Shown in pieces: positions 49,510-62,103 of a stretch of DNA of 62,103 nucleotides; within the stretch, counting starts at the first letter, position 1; every line of letters starts with the position of its first letter. The stretch lies in contig JAPEUI010000045.1 in the NCBI GenBank assembly GCA_026025075.1, positions 62,001-124,103 on the forward strand, in the 5' to 3' direction. The position numbers and the translations under genes were made by a program. This DNA comes from Vezdaea acicularis (taxonomy: Eukaryota). The notes under the pieces are model-generated. The model ran no database searches, was not told the origin of the DNA, and worked only from the letters and a program-made list of their open reading frames with translations.

Positions 49510-50947
49510 CTAGCCCTCCACCATCCTTCCCTCTTCCTCGAGTATTCCCTCCACGACACTCTCAACTGCCATCTCCAAGCCCTCCACGCCATCCAACCCC
49601 TTGGCCCCGCCTTTTTTTCTCAATCCCGCCCTTCGCACCTGCTCATAGATGCTCTTTTGGCCACTGCGTGCAAGAGAAAGGGGGGCAAACCTCGCTTCTG
49701 GCAAGCGAATGCCAGCGCGGATGGACTCGAGGATCCTATGAACAGCACCGTTAGTTTGTGAACAGCATTGTTGGTTTTGTGAGCAGCGGTTTCATCTGTG
49801 TTACGGTCTCAAAGAAAAACGGAGGAGAAAATGCGAAAACAAAAAGAACGAGGAGCGAGAAAGAGTATAAGAAGCAAAGCAGGGAACCAACTCAAGCAAG
49901 AATAGGAAAGCAAACATACCAGTCCACACTAACATATTTCACGCCCACGCTCCTGCTAATTCTCATCTCCTTCTCAAGCTTCCCTCCCGCCAGTCCACCG
50001 CCAGCCCCCTTTCCAGCGCTATTCGGTCGTCCCAGGATGACATGGCTCACGCTTCTCCGTCCCAGACTGATACTTAATCGCCCACCATGCTGAGCGATTA
50101 GCTGCTTGAGCATGTGGTCTGACACTGCTGGGGCCGTGGACCCGTTGATGTAGAAGACAAGCGTGCTGAATATCTGCTTGGGGGGGCGGTGAGAGACGGC
50201 TGGAATGTTTGTAGACTGGTTCTGTAAGTTGTTGAGGCCCGTCAAGGAGGACGAGGGGTGGGTGAAAGGTGCCACACCAAAGGTTAGGCGGGCGTTCTTG
50301 TCTTTCTGCTGGAGGGCGGTGGAAATTGTGGTGTCGTTCTCAAGACCGTTCAATGTTGTATCCCCGTTTAGGTTTGACGAGGGAGTGGAAAAGGGACCGC
50401 AGCTTGTGCTTGTTTCGTAGGCGTAGATGGTAGGTTCCTCTCCGCCTGCCCCCTTTTTCCCCTTCCCACAGGCTGGAGCACCAGCTTTCAACTTTGTTGC
50501 TCCCGTTAACCATTTGTCTAGTCCAGACCTGGCACGTGTCTGAGGCCCTAACGTCCGGTTGTCGTCTAGCCACCTCCCTCCCGCACCGCTCGCATCGCCG
50601 AACTGTTCACCGAGTCTCTTGTTTCTGACATCTCTCCAGGCCTTGTTACCGCCGGGATTGGTGTCGGCTCGCTGGTGACCGGAGGTTATGCTGTTCCAAG
50701 GATCGAATATCTCTCTTCTTGGTTTGGCTGCTCGCGTGATATTCGAGGGATGCGAGATAGGCTTATTCAAGACAGGAGACGGAGGGGACGAGCGGCGAGG
50801 AACTGGTTTGGGCCCATGGTAGATGTGTGACCCCGGTGATGGAAGTATCGGTCTGGCTACTTTTGTCGGTCGGGGGGGCGGGGTGACTGAGCGGGGCTGG
50901 TAAGATGGGGGTGGTTCGTCCATATTGGCAGGAGGAAATCGAGGCAT
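49510..50947 (-). CDS. BRCT-domain protein (Rev1-BRCT-like), 2 exons
   Basis: FDPWNS..SGHQ motif; IFSTLVFYINGST...SDHMLKQLIAQHGG...VKYVSVDW|ILESIRAGIRLPEARF. Confidence 0.85.
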
Positions 50948-51099
50948 GGGGAAGAGGGGATGGAGGAAGAAGTAGAAGAAGAAGACGTAAGGGAAGAAGG
51001 AGAAGAAGAGACGCAAGAAGGACCAGAAAATCCCGCTTCGAGAGGCCGTGCAAGAATCTCCAAAAGCTCGTTCCACACTAAGTGAAACAAGAGTAGCAA

Positions 51100-54000
51100 A
51101 AAGGAATGTGATCTCCTTCCTTCTTTCCCAAAGCTAATCTTTCCTATGCTTCCTCAATGCTATCCTTGCGTGTTCGTTCCCCAGTAGAATACCCAAAGAA
51201 AAATATCGACAGAAGAAAGAATCGTGAACCAAAGCTAACCAAGGAAACCCCACAAAAGAAAACCCTCGTGAGAAGATGGACATGTGTTTTTTGTCTCGAC
51301 ACGAACACGTCCCTTTCATCCTCCAACTCGCTTACACGTGGTCACGCCCCCCCCTCCCCTCAGCTGTCCCCACGACACCCTACCGCATCTCGCCTAGCGG
51401 CCCTCCGACGGGCGCGAAAATTGCGTGATCTCCCATCCTTTTTCTTATGCGAGTCATTTCGCTTTTAATGTCATCTTTATTTTTGGTTTTGGTGGGGTAG
51501 TAGCGGGTTGAGGGGGAGAAAAGAACATTCTTCGCAACCACCGCAGCAGCAGCATATTTTCTCGTGCGCGAGTGTTATCAGAGCTGTTCAAAAAAAAAGG
51601 AGGAGAGATTCGCATGATATATAAACATGGCAAAGTCGTACATCTCGATTCCTGGTCCGTGAGCTATCCATCTCCTCGGTATTCCCATCCCATCCCATCC
51701 TATTCCTCTCCGCAACGCAACGCACGCACGCGCACCATCCACGCGCGCACAATCCCACCCAGCCATCAACAACCGACGGTTACCATGCTGCCCTGCTGCC
51801 CTGCTGCTTCGTGATGAAGGAACAATACACACGCGGAGCGTCGTTCCTGACAGCGCTGCGAAGCAAGCAAGCAAGGGGAGCGTGGTAGCAGTACCTCACA
51901 TCGCACAGCGGGATCTCGCGCGGGGAGGGGGGGAGACAGCTGCGAATGCACACGTTTTTTCCCCAAGTCCCTTTGACTTTTGCTTTTACTTTCGCGGGCC
52001 TGGCGGCGGGGGAGCATGGGAGAAAGGAACAATACAACACGGGCGTCCCTGACAGCAGGAATAAGCAAGGAAAACCTGTCCGTACATCTCACGTCGCCAT
52101 CGTACAGCACAGCGGGGCCACGCGAGAGTGGTGTAAGTGGGAATGCACACGTTTTCTCCAAGTTTCTTTGCTTTTGCTGAGCCTATGGCTGCATACGTTC
52201 TTCTCCCTGGGCCGACATCAAGGCGATGGGAAGGGGTTTTGCTTTCGCTGGCTCGGGCCCGGCGCTGAGAGGCATGGGAAGACGATCGACCTACCAAACC
52301 TCCACCGGCCATCTCTCACATCCCCACATCGCCCCTATTTCCTCATCTTCCCCTCCTCTCCCCTCTCCAAAATGGCCAAGAACCCACACATCACACTTCC
52401 CTATCACCCTCCCACCTTCCCTCCCTCCTTCCTATCCCATCCGAAATCCGCAATCCTTCAAGCCACCCCATCTCCCCGAAAACGCACCTCCAACTCTACA
52501 ACCACACCCGCACAACTAGCTAGAACAACCCCCCCCTTCCTTCGACTTTCTAGCGCACTTCTAGCCTCCCTCTTAGCTCTCTCTGCGCCCACACGGTGCC
52601 CGCACAGTGGCGTAACCTCTTAGCGTGCACAAAGTGAATAGATTGAGCGGCGGAGTGTCGGATGCATGGCGTTTATTGACAGCATAAACCGTCCCCGTGT
52701 TCCTCGCCGATCAGCACCTCCTGCAGCTAGAGTATTAAACTCAAATGTTGCGCAGGACTGGTATTGAGTTGGTCGTACCTACATCCTCTGCATATTTAGG
52801 TATATACATACGTGCGTACATGACTATCTTATGCACAAGCGCATACGCTACGAGCAACACCGGCATGACAGAGCATAGCACGAGACCCCCATCCACCCTA
52901 TCCACCACATCTACGCCTGCAGCAATAGCAGCAGGAACATCAAAGTAGGTACAGTACATACGCAACCAACCACTGCACCTCCCCTTCATCTCCCGCGTCG
53001 CCCCCCCTTCCCGCATCTCCCACATCCTTATCGCGCACGTTCAACGACGCCGTCATATCAACACCAAGCCCAACCAGGCGCGCAGCCTCCCCCATCCAAA
53101 GTCCAGATACCAGAACAGGGCATGGTGGCGTTTATCGAGCCATAGATAGCTGCGTTTCGTGAGATGCAGGGACGCCGCTGCTGTCGTCGTCATTGATAGC
53201 TGCGTTGATTATCGATTGGTTCGGCGCGGGGCGTAATGTTGCATATGACGTGGGATTGCTACTATGGAAATGGGAAGTGGGAGAGGGGGGCGTGTAGCAT
53301 GCAACATGCGCTCATCACGGGCTCATGGGAGTAAGTAATCCAGAGCGAAACGAGAAGAGCAAACAACCCAGCAAGGAAGGGAAGGTTACTGGTAGCTTAC
53401 CCGATATAGCAAGGCTGGGAGCCGCCGAGTCATGCTCGCCCGGTCAGGCAGTCGGTCGGTCGGTCGAAGGATTCAGAGCCCTGGTGGGCAGAGAGGAGAG
53501 TAGGGCTAGTTAGGCTGGATAAGTTAGGCACTTGGCTAGCTTCCACGGCGTAGGATCGCGATACTGTAGTTGTGAGAGGAAACTGGGGAGGTTGTGATAG
53601 GCAAGATCACCCCCCTCCCCCTCCTCTCCGCTTCCGTATGTGTGTATGTGTGTGTGTGTTGTTGGTGGTGGTAGTAGTGGTGGTGCTGGTAAAGTTGGAC
53701 GGACGGACGGACGATACGAGAGAGCTGGACTGAGACTTTGTTGGTCAGCCCCACCGCGCCCCGGCCTGCCCCGCCCCGCCCAGTCCAGGCCAGTGCGCCA
53801 AGCGCACGATCGGAAAGTCAAATAACACATAGTCTAGTCGTTTGTGGTGTGTGGTATGTATGGCAATATGAAGTATGACCACAAGACGGCGTCATTCGCG
53901 AGAACGCAGACCGCGGAAAGCCAGACCGAGCAGAAGAGCACGGACAGAGAAGAGGAGAAGGGGCCGGGAGAGATTGAAAGGGGGAAGCATGACGACTTGA

Positions 54001-57000
54001 GATCAAGCCCACCAGGCCGGTCTAGGGAAGTACTCTGTCGCTCCCGGAGCAACAGCAGCAGTAACAAACGCGTTGAAGAATCGATGCCCGACCCCTCGAG
54101 CCTAGCACCCGAGCATCGAAGCCCGGGCCAGCATCACCATCTATCCCCCTCGGACCCCCCTCCCCCAAGCTTGATCCAAAGCCGTACGTATGACAAAAAC
54201 AACAGGCAAGGGAAGCTTCCCCATACAAACCCACAGTTTGGGTGGGGGGGGGGGGTCCCGTATTCGCGGCCCGTCCGCTCCGCTCCGTAGGAGCCAAGGA
54301 ACTCTGAACCCCGAACCCGGAACCTGGTCGATAGAAGAGATAGAAGGAGAAGAAGAAGATGTAGTAGAAGGACAGAGAGAAAGAAGAGAGAGAAGGAGAA
54401 ACGACTAGTATGCCCTAGCCCAAAAAAGAAAATGCCTCATATGCGACCAGCCCCCTTCAGAGCGTCCAGAACCACCAAAAAAAGAGAGAGACCAAGGACG
54501 CGCCTCTGCGGCGGCGGCGAAGGACGAAACAAAACCTTAAATTCGTCCCTCCCCCCCTCCTGCGAAATGCGGGGAGCGGGGATATTGCTTGTTCAAGACC
54601 CTTGGAAGAGGAGTAGTGTTCGAGTTCAGAAGAAGAAGCGAGAGGGGGGTTGGGAGGGAGGGTAGTGTGTTGGACAAGGATGGGAGTTACTGCGGGGGGT
54701 TACGAAGGATTTACCTTTTTGCAAGGTGTTTGCAACTTCGAAGAAGAAGGTTCGGGACTAGTGAACCACGGACATGAGACAGAGCGAGACTAGAACGGAG
54801 CGAGAAGAAGCTGAGGAGGAAAAAGGGAGGGAGACTGGGCAAAGAATTGTGTGGGAACTGGGGTTTTCCGGGCAACGCAGTTGCTTGGGGATCTGCGGCG
54901 GTGGAGGTTTGTTGTTGCCATGGACTGGAACTGCGGATCGCCGGGGACATGATGTTGATGTGATGTGAGGTGAGGCAACGCGGCTTTGTTGCTCCTCCTC
55001 CTTTCCTGCTGTCTCTCCCTTCGGTCTCTCCCGCATACTTTTTCTCTAGCAAGGAGATCCATCCCTTCGTACCACGGAAAAGGCCAGCTTGGCTGTTCCA
55101 CACGCCAATTGTCACCGCAGCCCAGCCTACTCCCCCCCGCCTCTCGACACAATTCGCATTTTGCATAAAACCGTCGCGGGTAGGTGCGTGGCCGACGGGG
55201 CGCGGCGCTGCACGTAGCCGCCGCCGCCTGCTGCTTGCTTGCTTGCTTGCTTGCTGCTGGCTCTTCCGGCTACTACCCTCGTCGCGGCGGCGTGTAAACC
55301 ATGTTGCCCGCTCTTCTCTCTTGTGCGACGGTCCGGTTGTCGTGTGTGTCGCCGGCAGCTAGCCGCGGATGGGCGGGGAAAAGACAGCGGGCAGAGCAAG
55401 CAAGTGGCCAAGCAGAGTAGATGACGATTGCTGACTGGACGCTCTGGACCAGGGAACTAAGAGGCGGGCGGAGAGCGCTTGGCTAACCAACTATCGGATA
55501 GTGGTCGTAGTGGTGGAGCGAGCGAGATGGAGGGGAGGTAGGGTGTGGGTAGGGAAAGACGCAGGAGCACGACATACGTGCATCAATCTGCCTGGACTCG
55601 CCGATCCAATGGTCTATCTCCACACCGCGCACCGCAATTCTCGTCCGTCCGGCGCGCGATTGCTGTTTTCTCGCGGAGGTGTGTGTGTGTGCTTGGACGG
55701 GGGGCATGACTCAGCAAACACGACGATCGTCCGTTCTCGTCCTTCGGGAGTGTCCAGTTCCAGTGCCGGAGCCGCCGCGACGAAAGGGCAGTCCCGTCGT
55801 CGGCGCACCCCTCCGCAGCGACGGGCGGAAAAACCCCCTCTTGGTGCCGTACGGGTGGCACCACGCCCAACTTTGTCTCGGAGCTGGAGAGCAATCGTCA
55901 CGAAATCGTCAAGTTCAAGGAAGAAAGCCGCCCACCAGCAGCAGCAGTAACAACCCAACAAACCTCCTCAATCTACCCATCCATCCCTCCATCTTCTTCG
56001 CGTCGCGCAAAAAACCCGAAGACGAGGGCGTCAAACTCGACCCCAGCGCGAAGTGAAACCCTAAGGCCATCTGTGGCTTCTCCCCCCTCCCCCCCTTCTT
56101 TCCGCGGCCTCAGCGCTTGGGGAACGCCGACTGGCGGGCGCAGGGAGCGGAGAGGAGGGCTGGGCGCGGACATGGATACGCTGCTGCTTCTAGATCCGTG
56201 GGCGACGTGGGCTCCATAGCGCCCTTGCCCCGAGCGAGCGCGGTTAGGGCTCCAGGCGAGCAGGGCAAGGGCAAGGGAAGGATCAAAGAGGGAAGGGGGG
56301 TTCGTTTGGTGGACCTGCCCTTTCTCGTGAATAGAGCCCAGCCCCGTCCTCGGAGCGAATGCCGGTGCATCGTCGGAAACGGACAGTTGATTCGGACGGA
56401 GGGGGGGGTGCGCGGCGAAGGGTGTCCCGTGCTCTTCTCCCCCAAGTCAAGTCCGAGGCCGAGGGCTGGGACGAGCGGCGGAAGCCCGGCGCGCTGTCTG
56501 AACTCGATCAGGACTGTCGCGTGGCTGAGCTGACCTCTTCTTCCCCTCTTCTCCCACAACTTTACCCACTCCACCGATTCAAAGGTTCGCACACCCGCCG
56601 AACAAAGCAGAGAAAGTGGAAAAAGCAAAAAGTCCGCGCGCCCCTCCAATCTCCGCCCCGCAATCTGAAACGTAGCGCGAGCGAACGAGAACGAAGGAAA
56701 AGAAGCAAGAGCGGGGTGGGCCCGCCACCAGTCTCGGCTCGGAAAGGGCGACCGGGTCAGCTGCAAGTCATTCCCCCATCACCCCCCCCTGTCCATCCAA
56801 CCCAAACCTTCACTCACACACACACAGACGCCGCCAGCCGCGGGCCCCCGTCTTTAGCGTCGTTCATCCGTCCGCCCTCCGCTCCGGCCGGCATTCTCCG
56901 CTCCAGCTCCAGCTGCGTGAGGACAGGACCACCTCCTACCGCCGCTGCTGAGCGTATCACGGGTGTAGCCATCGAAAACGGAGCGAGCGGAGTCAGTTGA

Positions 57001-60000
57001 CTCCACATCGGATCGCCGAGCGGCGGCGGCGGCGGCGGTGGGTGACATGTCGCGCAGCACACGCACAGGAAAGACGAGGAAGCGGCGGAAAGTGGTGATG
57101 GTTCCTGCGCTGGTTTTGCCGGGCTCATGCATTGTTCATCTCCCGCCTGCACCGTCGTCGTCGTCATCGCGGGTTTGAGGTGGGTTGGATGAGATGGGAT
57201 GTTGTGATGTGATGTGAAAGGGAGAAATGGGTGGTCAGATGGTTGTTGCGGGGCGGAGGCATCATTCATTTCGTCGGCCTCCTTCAGCTCATCTCCATTT
57301 CTCATCTTCACCTTCATCTTCATTAGATAGAGGAAGTGCTACAGTCCAACCCCTACCTTGCGATATGTGACGGCCCTTTCCCTTTCCCCCAGCTTCGATT
57401 TGCCCAGCCAGCCCGGAAAATTTCCGTTGTAAATTGGCTGGACGGGGCCTTGTTGGCCAATCCCATCTCGCACCGCGACACATCCATCGTGACCTTTCAT
57501 CCCCCCTCCCCCCCCCTCTATCGGTCGCGCGCGTGAAACGTAGAAGGCGTCGTCGTCATCGAGCTGAAGGCGCGCCGGAGGGGCATGCTTCGACAGTTTG
57601 ATCCGGTCGCCGGAGCAGGTGATCTTCTCTCTAGCAGAGACGGGGAATGCATGATCGAGAATGAGCATGCTCCAGGCGCCTGCGAACCGCGTACACGAAT
57701 CAGAACGGGTTTGGCAGCAAGCGCATAGCCGCCCTCTCTCCATCCTTCCCCCCATTGGCTCGGGGCCGTTTGGCGACGAAGGCGCCAGAAAAAGACTTTC
57801 GTTCATTCGGGTGGTCCAGCCACACACACACACACACACGCCCACACGGCGCTTCGCCTTTTTTCCGCCCCGCCACGGGAGAAAAAAAGAGCGGTGTGGA
57901 GGACGCTAAGGGGGTGCGCTTATCTGTGCGATAACCGTGGAAGAAAGCGTTGAGTGACATGGAGGGAGGGGGGCGTGCAGGAGACGAGACAAGAGACAAG
58001 AGAACTAGTCTTGTCGTACTTTCTTGCTCACTCTCAACCCCGATGGTGGCTATGGATAAGTTCCCGAGACCCAGTCCCTGCGCCGTCACACACATGCCCA
58101 CTCGCCCCTTCCAACATTCGGAAGGGAGAGTACTACCACCGGAAAGACGAGAGACACGTCAAGAAAGGTGAAGTTGGGGAAGCAAGGGCGCTCATCCGCG
58201 CCTCATTTGGTCCCTTGACGGCGTGAGTGAGTGAATGATGCCCCTTCGTAGCCTAATCCAGCGTAGTCTCTACTCCCCTCTCTTGCTGCGTGGTGGTTCA
58301 TGCAGCTGTAAGTAAGTAGATCATCATCCAACACCGTCCGGTCCCAGAACCCGCACGAAGGAAGCAGCAGGCGCATTAGCACAACCGTAGATCCTCAGAA
58401 CCCTCCCCCCTCTCTCCAAGAAAACCCGCTCAAGGGAGAGCAAGCAAAACCGGTTCGTCCGTCCCATTGGCCGACTCTTGGGGGACGATCGGGTTTCGCA
58501 AAAGGCAAAAAAAGCTCGCGTTTGATCTGGGATTCCCGGCGGCCGCGATGCCTGTCCTGCCTTGTCCGCGCCGTGTCGCTCGCTGGCTCGGCGCCCGCTT
58601 GCTGGTCATGTTTCAGAGCGGAAAGGCGCGATGCAGCTTTTGACGGGCACCTCTTGTTTGGCGGAGCGGGCCTTTTTCGTTCTTGGACGTCCTACGCTTC
58701 CTCTTTCTCGTGATGACATCGTCCTTGACATGTGCTGCTTTTGACTTGCCCTTGTCCGCTACCTCTCTTGCTCACTGGAAGTGCCTACCTCCGTCCCCGT
58801 GTCCCCATGTTGAATGGGAAATATCATGGGCGCGATGGATGGATGGGCGAGAGTGGCTGATCCTTTCCAGCACTTGTGGCGAGGTTCGGCCTTCCTTCCC
58901 TATCTCCCCCCTCCCCCGGTCGATTGCCCGCCAACAACGACAGCCTGGTCTGGAGACATACGAAGGCGAAGGTTTTCTTGCAAGCGATCCGATACAGGTT
59001 GAACCTTGCGGTGGAGGGGCCCCGCTGAGGAAAGCGTGCTTGCATCTCACGCCTTGAAGGGGGCAGAGCGCTGGGTGTGTGGTGCGAGTGCAACGATGGC
59101 GGGTACCCGTGACCCATCGCGCGGATGCTGACTACTGGTCGGGAAGGATGAGGAGAGGAAGGTAGAAGAGATGCACGACGGCTTGACTCCCAAGGCCGCA
59201 ACCACAGCGCCATCGAAGTCCCTTGCTGATCGCAGCGTCGTTGAACGGGGCAGAAAGCATTCTCCGTCGGCTGATGGTGGATGGTTGATTGGATGGTGGG
59301 ATGGAATGGTGGTGGATGGAGAATGGTGGGCCATCCGCTTGCCAACGCACACATCCACCACCAGCGCGGCCTGGCCAATCAGCGGCGCCCACCCCCCCGC
59401 CGCGACCCCGGTCCACGCCCGAGCCGACAGGAAGGCTGAACTGACCGCCGACCTTCCGTGATGGGCGCGCCCGTGCTTAATTGGATGTTATCGACCTCGT
59501 CCGAACGTGGGCGAACTTTATCGTCGGCGTCCGCTCAAGGGCCTCGCTCGTTGTCTTGTCGCGTGGCCGTGTCGCCTGCGAATGGCTGGCGACACGAACA
59601 TCACATTCGGCGATGGACGAGATGAGATGGGCGTGGTAACCGGGTGATCGTTTGATTTCCCCTCAGCTCTGCTCTGGTCTGGTGGTGGTGCAGCACGACC
59701 AGAGCGACAAGAGGGGATGGTTGAACCGGACCCGCGCCTCTCCTCGTCCCATCCCCCTCCCCGAGCAGATAGAGGAACGCCGATTGTTGTCTTTTCTCGA
59801 CCCTGGAACCTGGCTCGCTGGCTATTCTTGTTTCCCTTGGGTGATCCATCATCCATCATCCCATCACGCTCGACTCACTAAGGGCATTCCTTTGGCCCCG
59901 CCCCGGCGCTGGACGGGATTCCGCCAAGCCGCAAATCCTTTGTGCGCCGCGCCCGCCCTCTCTCCCTCCTCCCTCCTCCCTTCTCCCTTCTCAAATTCTT

Positions 60001-62103
60001 TCCTGCGTGACCCGCTCGTCGTGAGGGTCTCTGACGCTGGCGCTGATTGATTGATTGATTGCTTGCTTGCTTGCTTTGCCTTTGCCTTGATCCTGGCGTC
60101 TCACCGTCCCGATACGCCCCCCGTGAGGAATGCTGGTCCCACCGTAGTAAGCTCCTTCCCCCACCGATGGCGCGATGGCCGAGACGGTCATTGGCGGGCA
60201 CGGTAAGGGAAAGAGAAAAATTGAAGAAAAGCGCCTCACGTTTCATGCCTCTGCAATCCCTCTGCCCTACCTTCTCTCCGCTGCGTCGACCTGTTCCCCA
60301 TTCGGCCCATCTGCTCGAACGAGGCTCACGTCGCTGCCGGATGCCAGACCAGGGGAGACATGGACGTACCAGTCGATACCATCGAACGCAGTGGCCAATC
60401 GCCGCGCCCTGGCCCCTCCGCCGCCCCTTCTCGTCCACGCAGCATCGTGCATGCGTCGCGGGTTCGCCACGAAATCGATGCTCGGGCTGCTTTGGGAACG
60501 ACGAGGCCATGCGGTTGCCGCACTGCCCGTCATCGGGCCCCTTGCGGCCAAGGTCGTTCGTCCATGGGTCTGTTGTCGCGCTCGCGTCGCACGTCGATGG
60601 ACGATCCGCTGGTGGCGTCATGCTGGGGCCGGTCCTATCTCCAAGCGTCGAGGCCATCGCAGTGAAGCGTGAGAGCGTGAGAGCGTGAGCATGAGCCGGA
60701 GTCTGAGCCTGAGCAGTTCTCAGGACCGGATGGCGTTAGACTTGTGCGTGTGGGGACGTTCGGCGGCCTGAAGTTCCGCTGGCGGCCAGCCCACGATTTT
60801 CCCGCACCGGCCATGTCCCATCCTTTGGAGTTGTCTGGTGGTGGTGGGGGCAGAACGAGGCCGGAAGAGGCCAAGCGGTGGCCTGAGAGTTTTCTGTGGT
60901 GGAGTTGTCGACAACGGAGCGGCCAGCCATTCAGCATCGACCAACCCCCCCCCCCCTGCCGGCAGCCGCGATGGTCTCCCCCTCCCTTGGCCGCGACGCT
61001 GCTTCATGCGTGGATCGACTCGCCTTGCTCCGGACCCTACATGGAATGACCCACGAAATGCCGGCATGCGCGGCTGACGACTGACGACTGACGTGAGGAC
61101 GCTCGATGGATGGTCGAACCACGCATGGCGAGCCACGATGGACGGGCGCGTGGAGGTCGAGTGAGTGGTGAGCAAGAGAAGACGAGATAGGGATGTCCAC
61201 TGTGGAGAGAGGGGTGGTTGCGTGAGGGCAAGAGTGACTGCTTTCCCGTAGAGAGACAATCGGTCCCCCCGCCAGCTAGCCACGATTGCCGGGTGGAGCT
61301 GCTTTTCTTCCGGTCGACGGAAGCAGAGAAGCGCCAGCATCGTTAGAGAGGGAGAAAGAGTCGTCGAGCACAAGTTGTCCACGGCGCAGACCCTCTGGGT
61401 GACCGTGTTTTCTCGTCCATCGTCCATCGTTCCCATCGTCCGTCGTTTATCGTCCATCGGCACTCGTACCGCATCGGCCCAGCGTCTAGCTCAGCATCCG
61501 GCCAGCGTGCAGCGCGACATCGCGCCCATCTGGCGATAACCGTGCGGTGGAGGGGGGGGCGTGGCCGAAACGGACGAGTGAGCGACGTGGTGATCGAGCA
61601 CCGACGCAGTCGCAAGCAGCAAGCAGCAGCAGCCAGCAGCGGAAACTAGAGAGCGAGCGCAGCTGCAACTGCACCGTCTCTGTCTCGTACCTACGTCCGC
61701 CGCTCCCCGTCCCCTTCGAAGGCGCCCTCGATGGGACATGCGATGGCCATGCACCCGGCCCCACTGCAAGTCGACCGCCGCACCCACGCCCGCGCTGCAT
61801 CCCGCCGCGCGCCGTCACGGAGCCTCTCGCCCTCTGCGGCCATATCGATCTCCCGCCGGCATGATCGTGATATCAGAAAGCCATGAACTCTGTTCGGCCC
61901 CTCCCCCTTTGGTCTTGTCATCTTTCCCCCTTCTCTCTTCGCGCGTGAAGGAGCCCAACGGGGTGGGTTCGAGACGGGGGGGGGGGGAGGAAGGGCTGGG
62001 GCGATCGTCGGTGGCCGTGGTCCCCTCCGTGGCTTCGGGGGCCCCCCCCTGCAACCAGCGGACGGCGATGGAGCAGCCAGACGTGGACTGTAGTGACCTT
62101 CCT
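51100..62103. other. Long GC-rich, microsatellite-rich, apparently non-coding region
   Basis: No ORF with a recognisable domain. SSRs include (GT)n 53638-53660, (GCTT)n ~55233 and ~60061, (CA)n ~57822, (GGAC)n ~53697 and poly-G/C runs. Confidence 0.65.
51817..52280. repeat. Degenerate tandem duplication of a ~205-260 bp non-coding unit
   Basis: Blocks AAGGAACAATACA, CCTGACAGC, AAGCAAGG, GCACAGCGGG, GAATGCACACGTTTT, CTTTTGCT and GCATGGGA each occur twice in the same order. Confidence 0.8.

Noticed and set aside
51946..62054. Many 100-260 aa ORFs on both strands
   Set aside because: Low-complexity R/P/S/G translations expected from GC-rich non-coding DNA; mutually overlapping and without domains.

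Overview
Eukaryotic, intron-rich fungal DNA (Pezizomycotina-type: short introns with CTRAC branch points). About 20 spliced genes can be reconstructed by hand. In order: a 3' gene end; an NmrA-like protein; an NADP-dependent Zn alcohol dehydrogenase with an in-frame TAA at codon 4; RPL31; chk1; a UBE2C/Ubc11-type E2; an F-box protein; two head-to-head UVI-1-like paralogs invisible in the ORF track; a DHA1 MFS transporter; a MoCo-sulfurase-like protein lacking the MOSC domain; an SR protein (srp1); a mitochondrial carrier; RPL18; PRO2; CSN3; ISU1; fimbrin; a PC4/Sub1-like protein; a hotdog thioesterase; a DDHD phospholipase; and a BRCT protein. The 13.5-22.6 kb stretch is an accessory island with gene relics and a ~550-bp foldback palindrome. 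The last ~11 kb is GC-rich, microsatellite-rich and apparently non-coding. Most notable: the conserved ISU1 N-terminal motif is restored only by a 105-nt AT-AC intron with U2-type signals, and that intron carries a perfect ATCTGATAA iron-GATA motif. Also notable are the leaderless UVI-1 pair with discordant introns, the foldback element, a ~294-bp non-coding triplication and the stop-interrupted ADH. All calls come from manual reading; no database searches were run.
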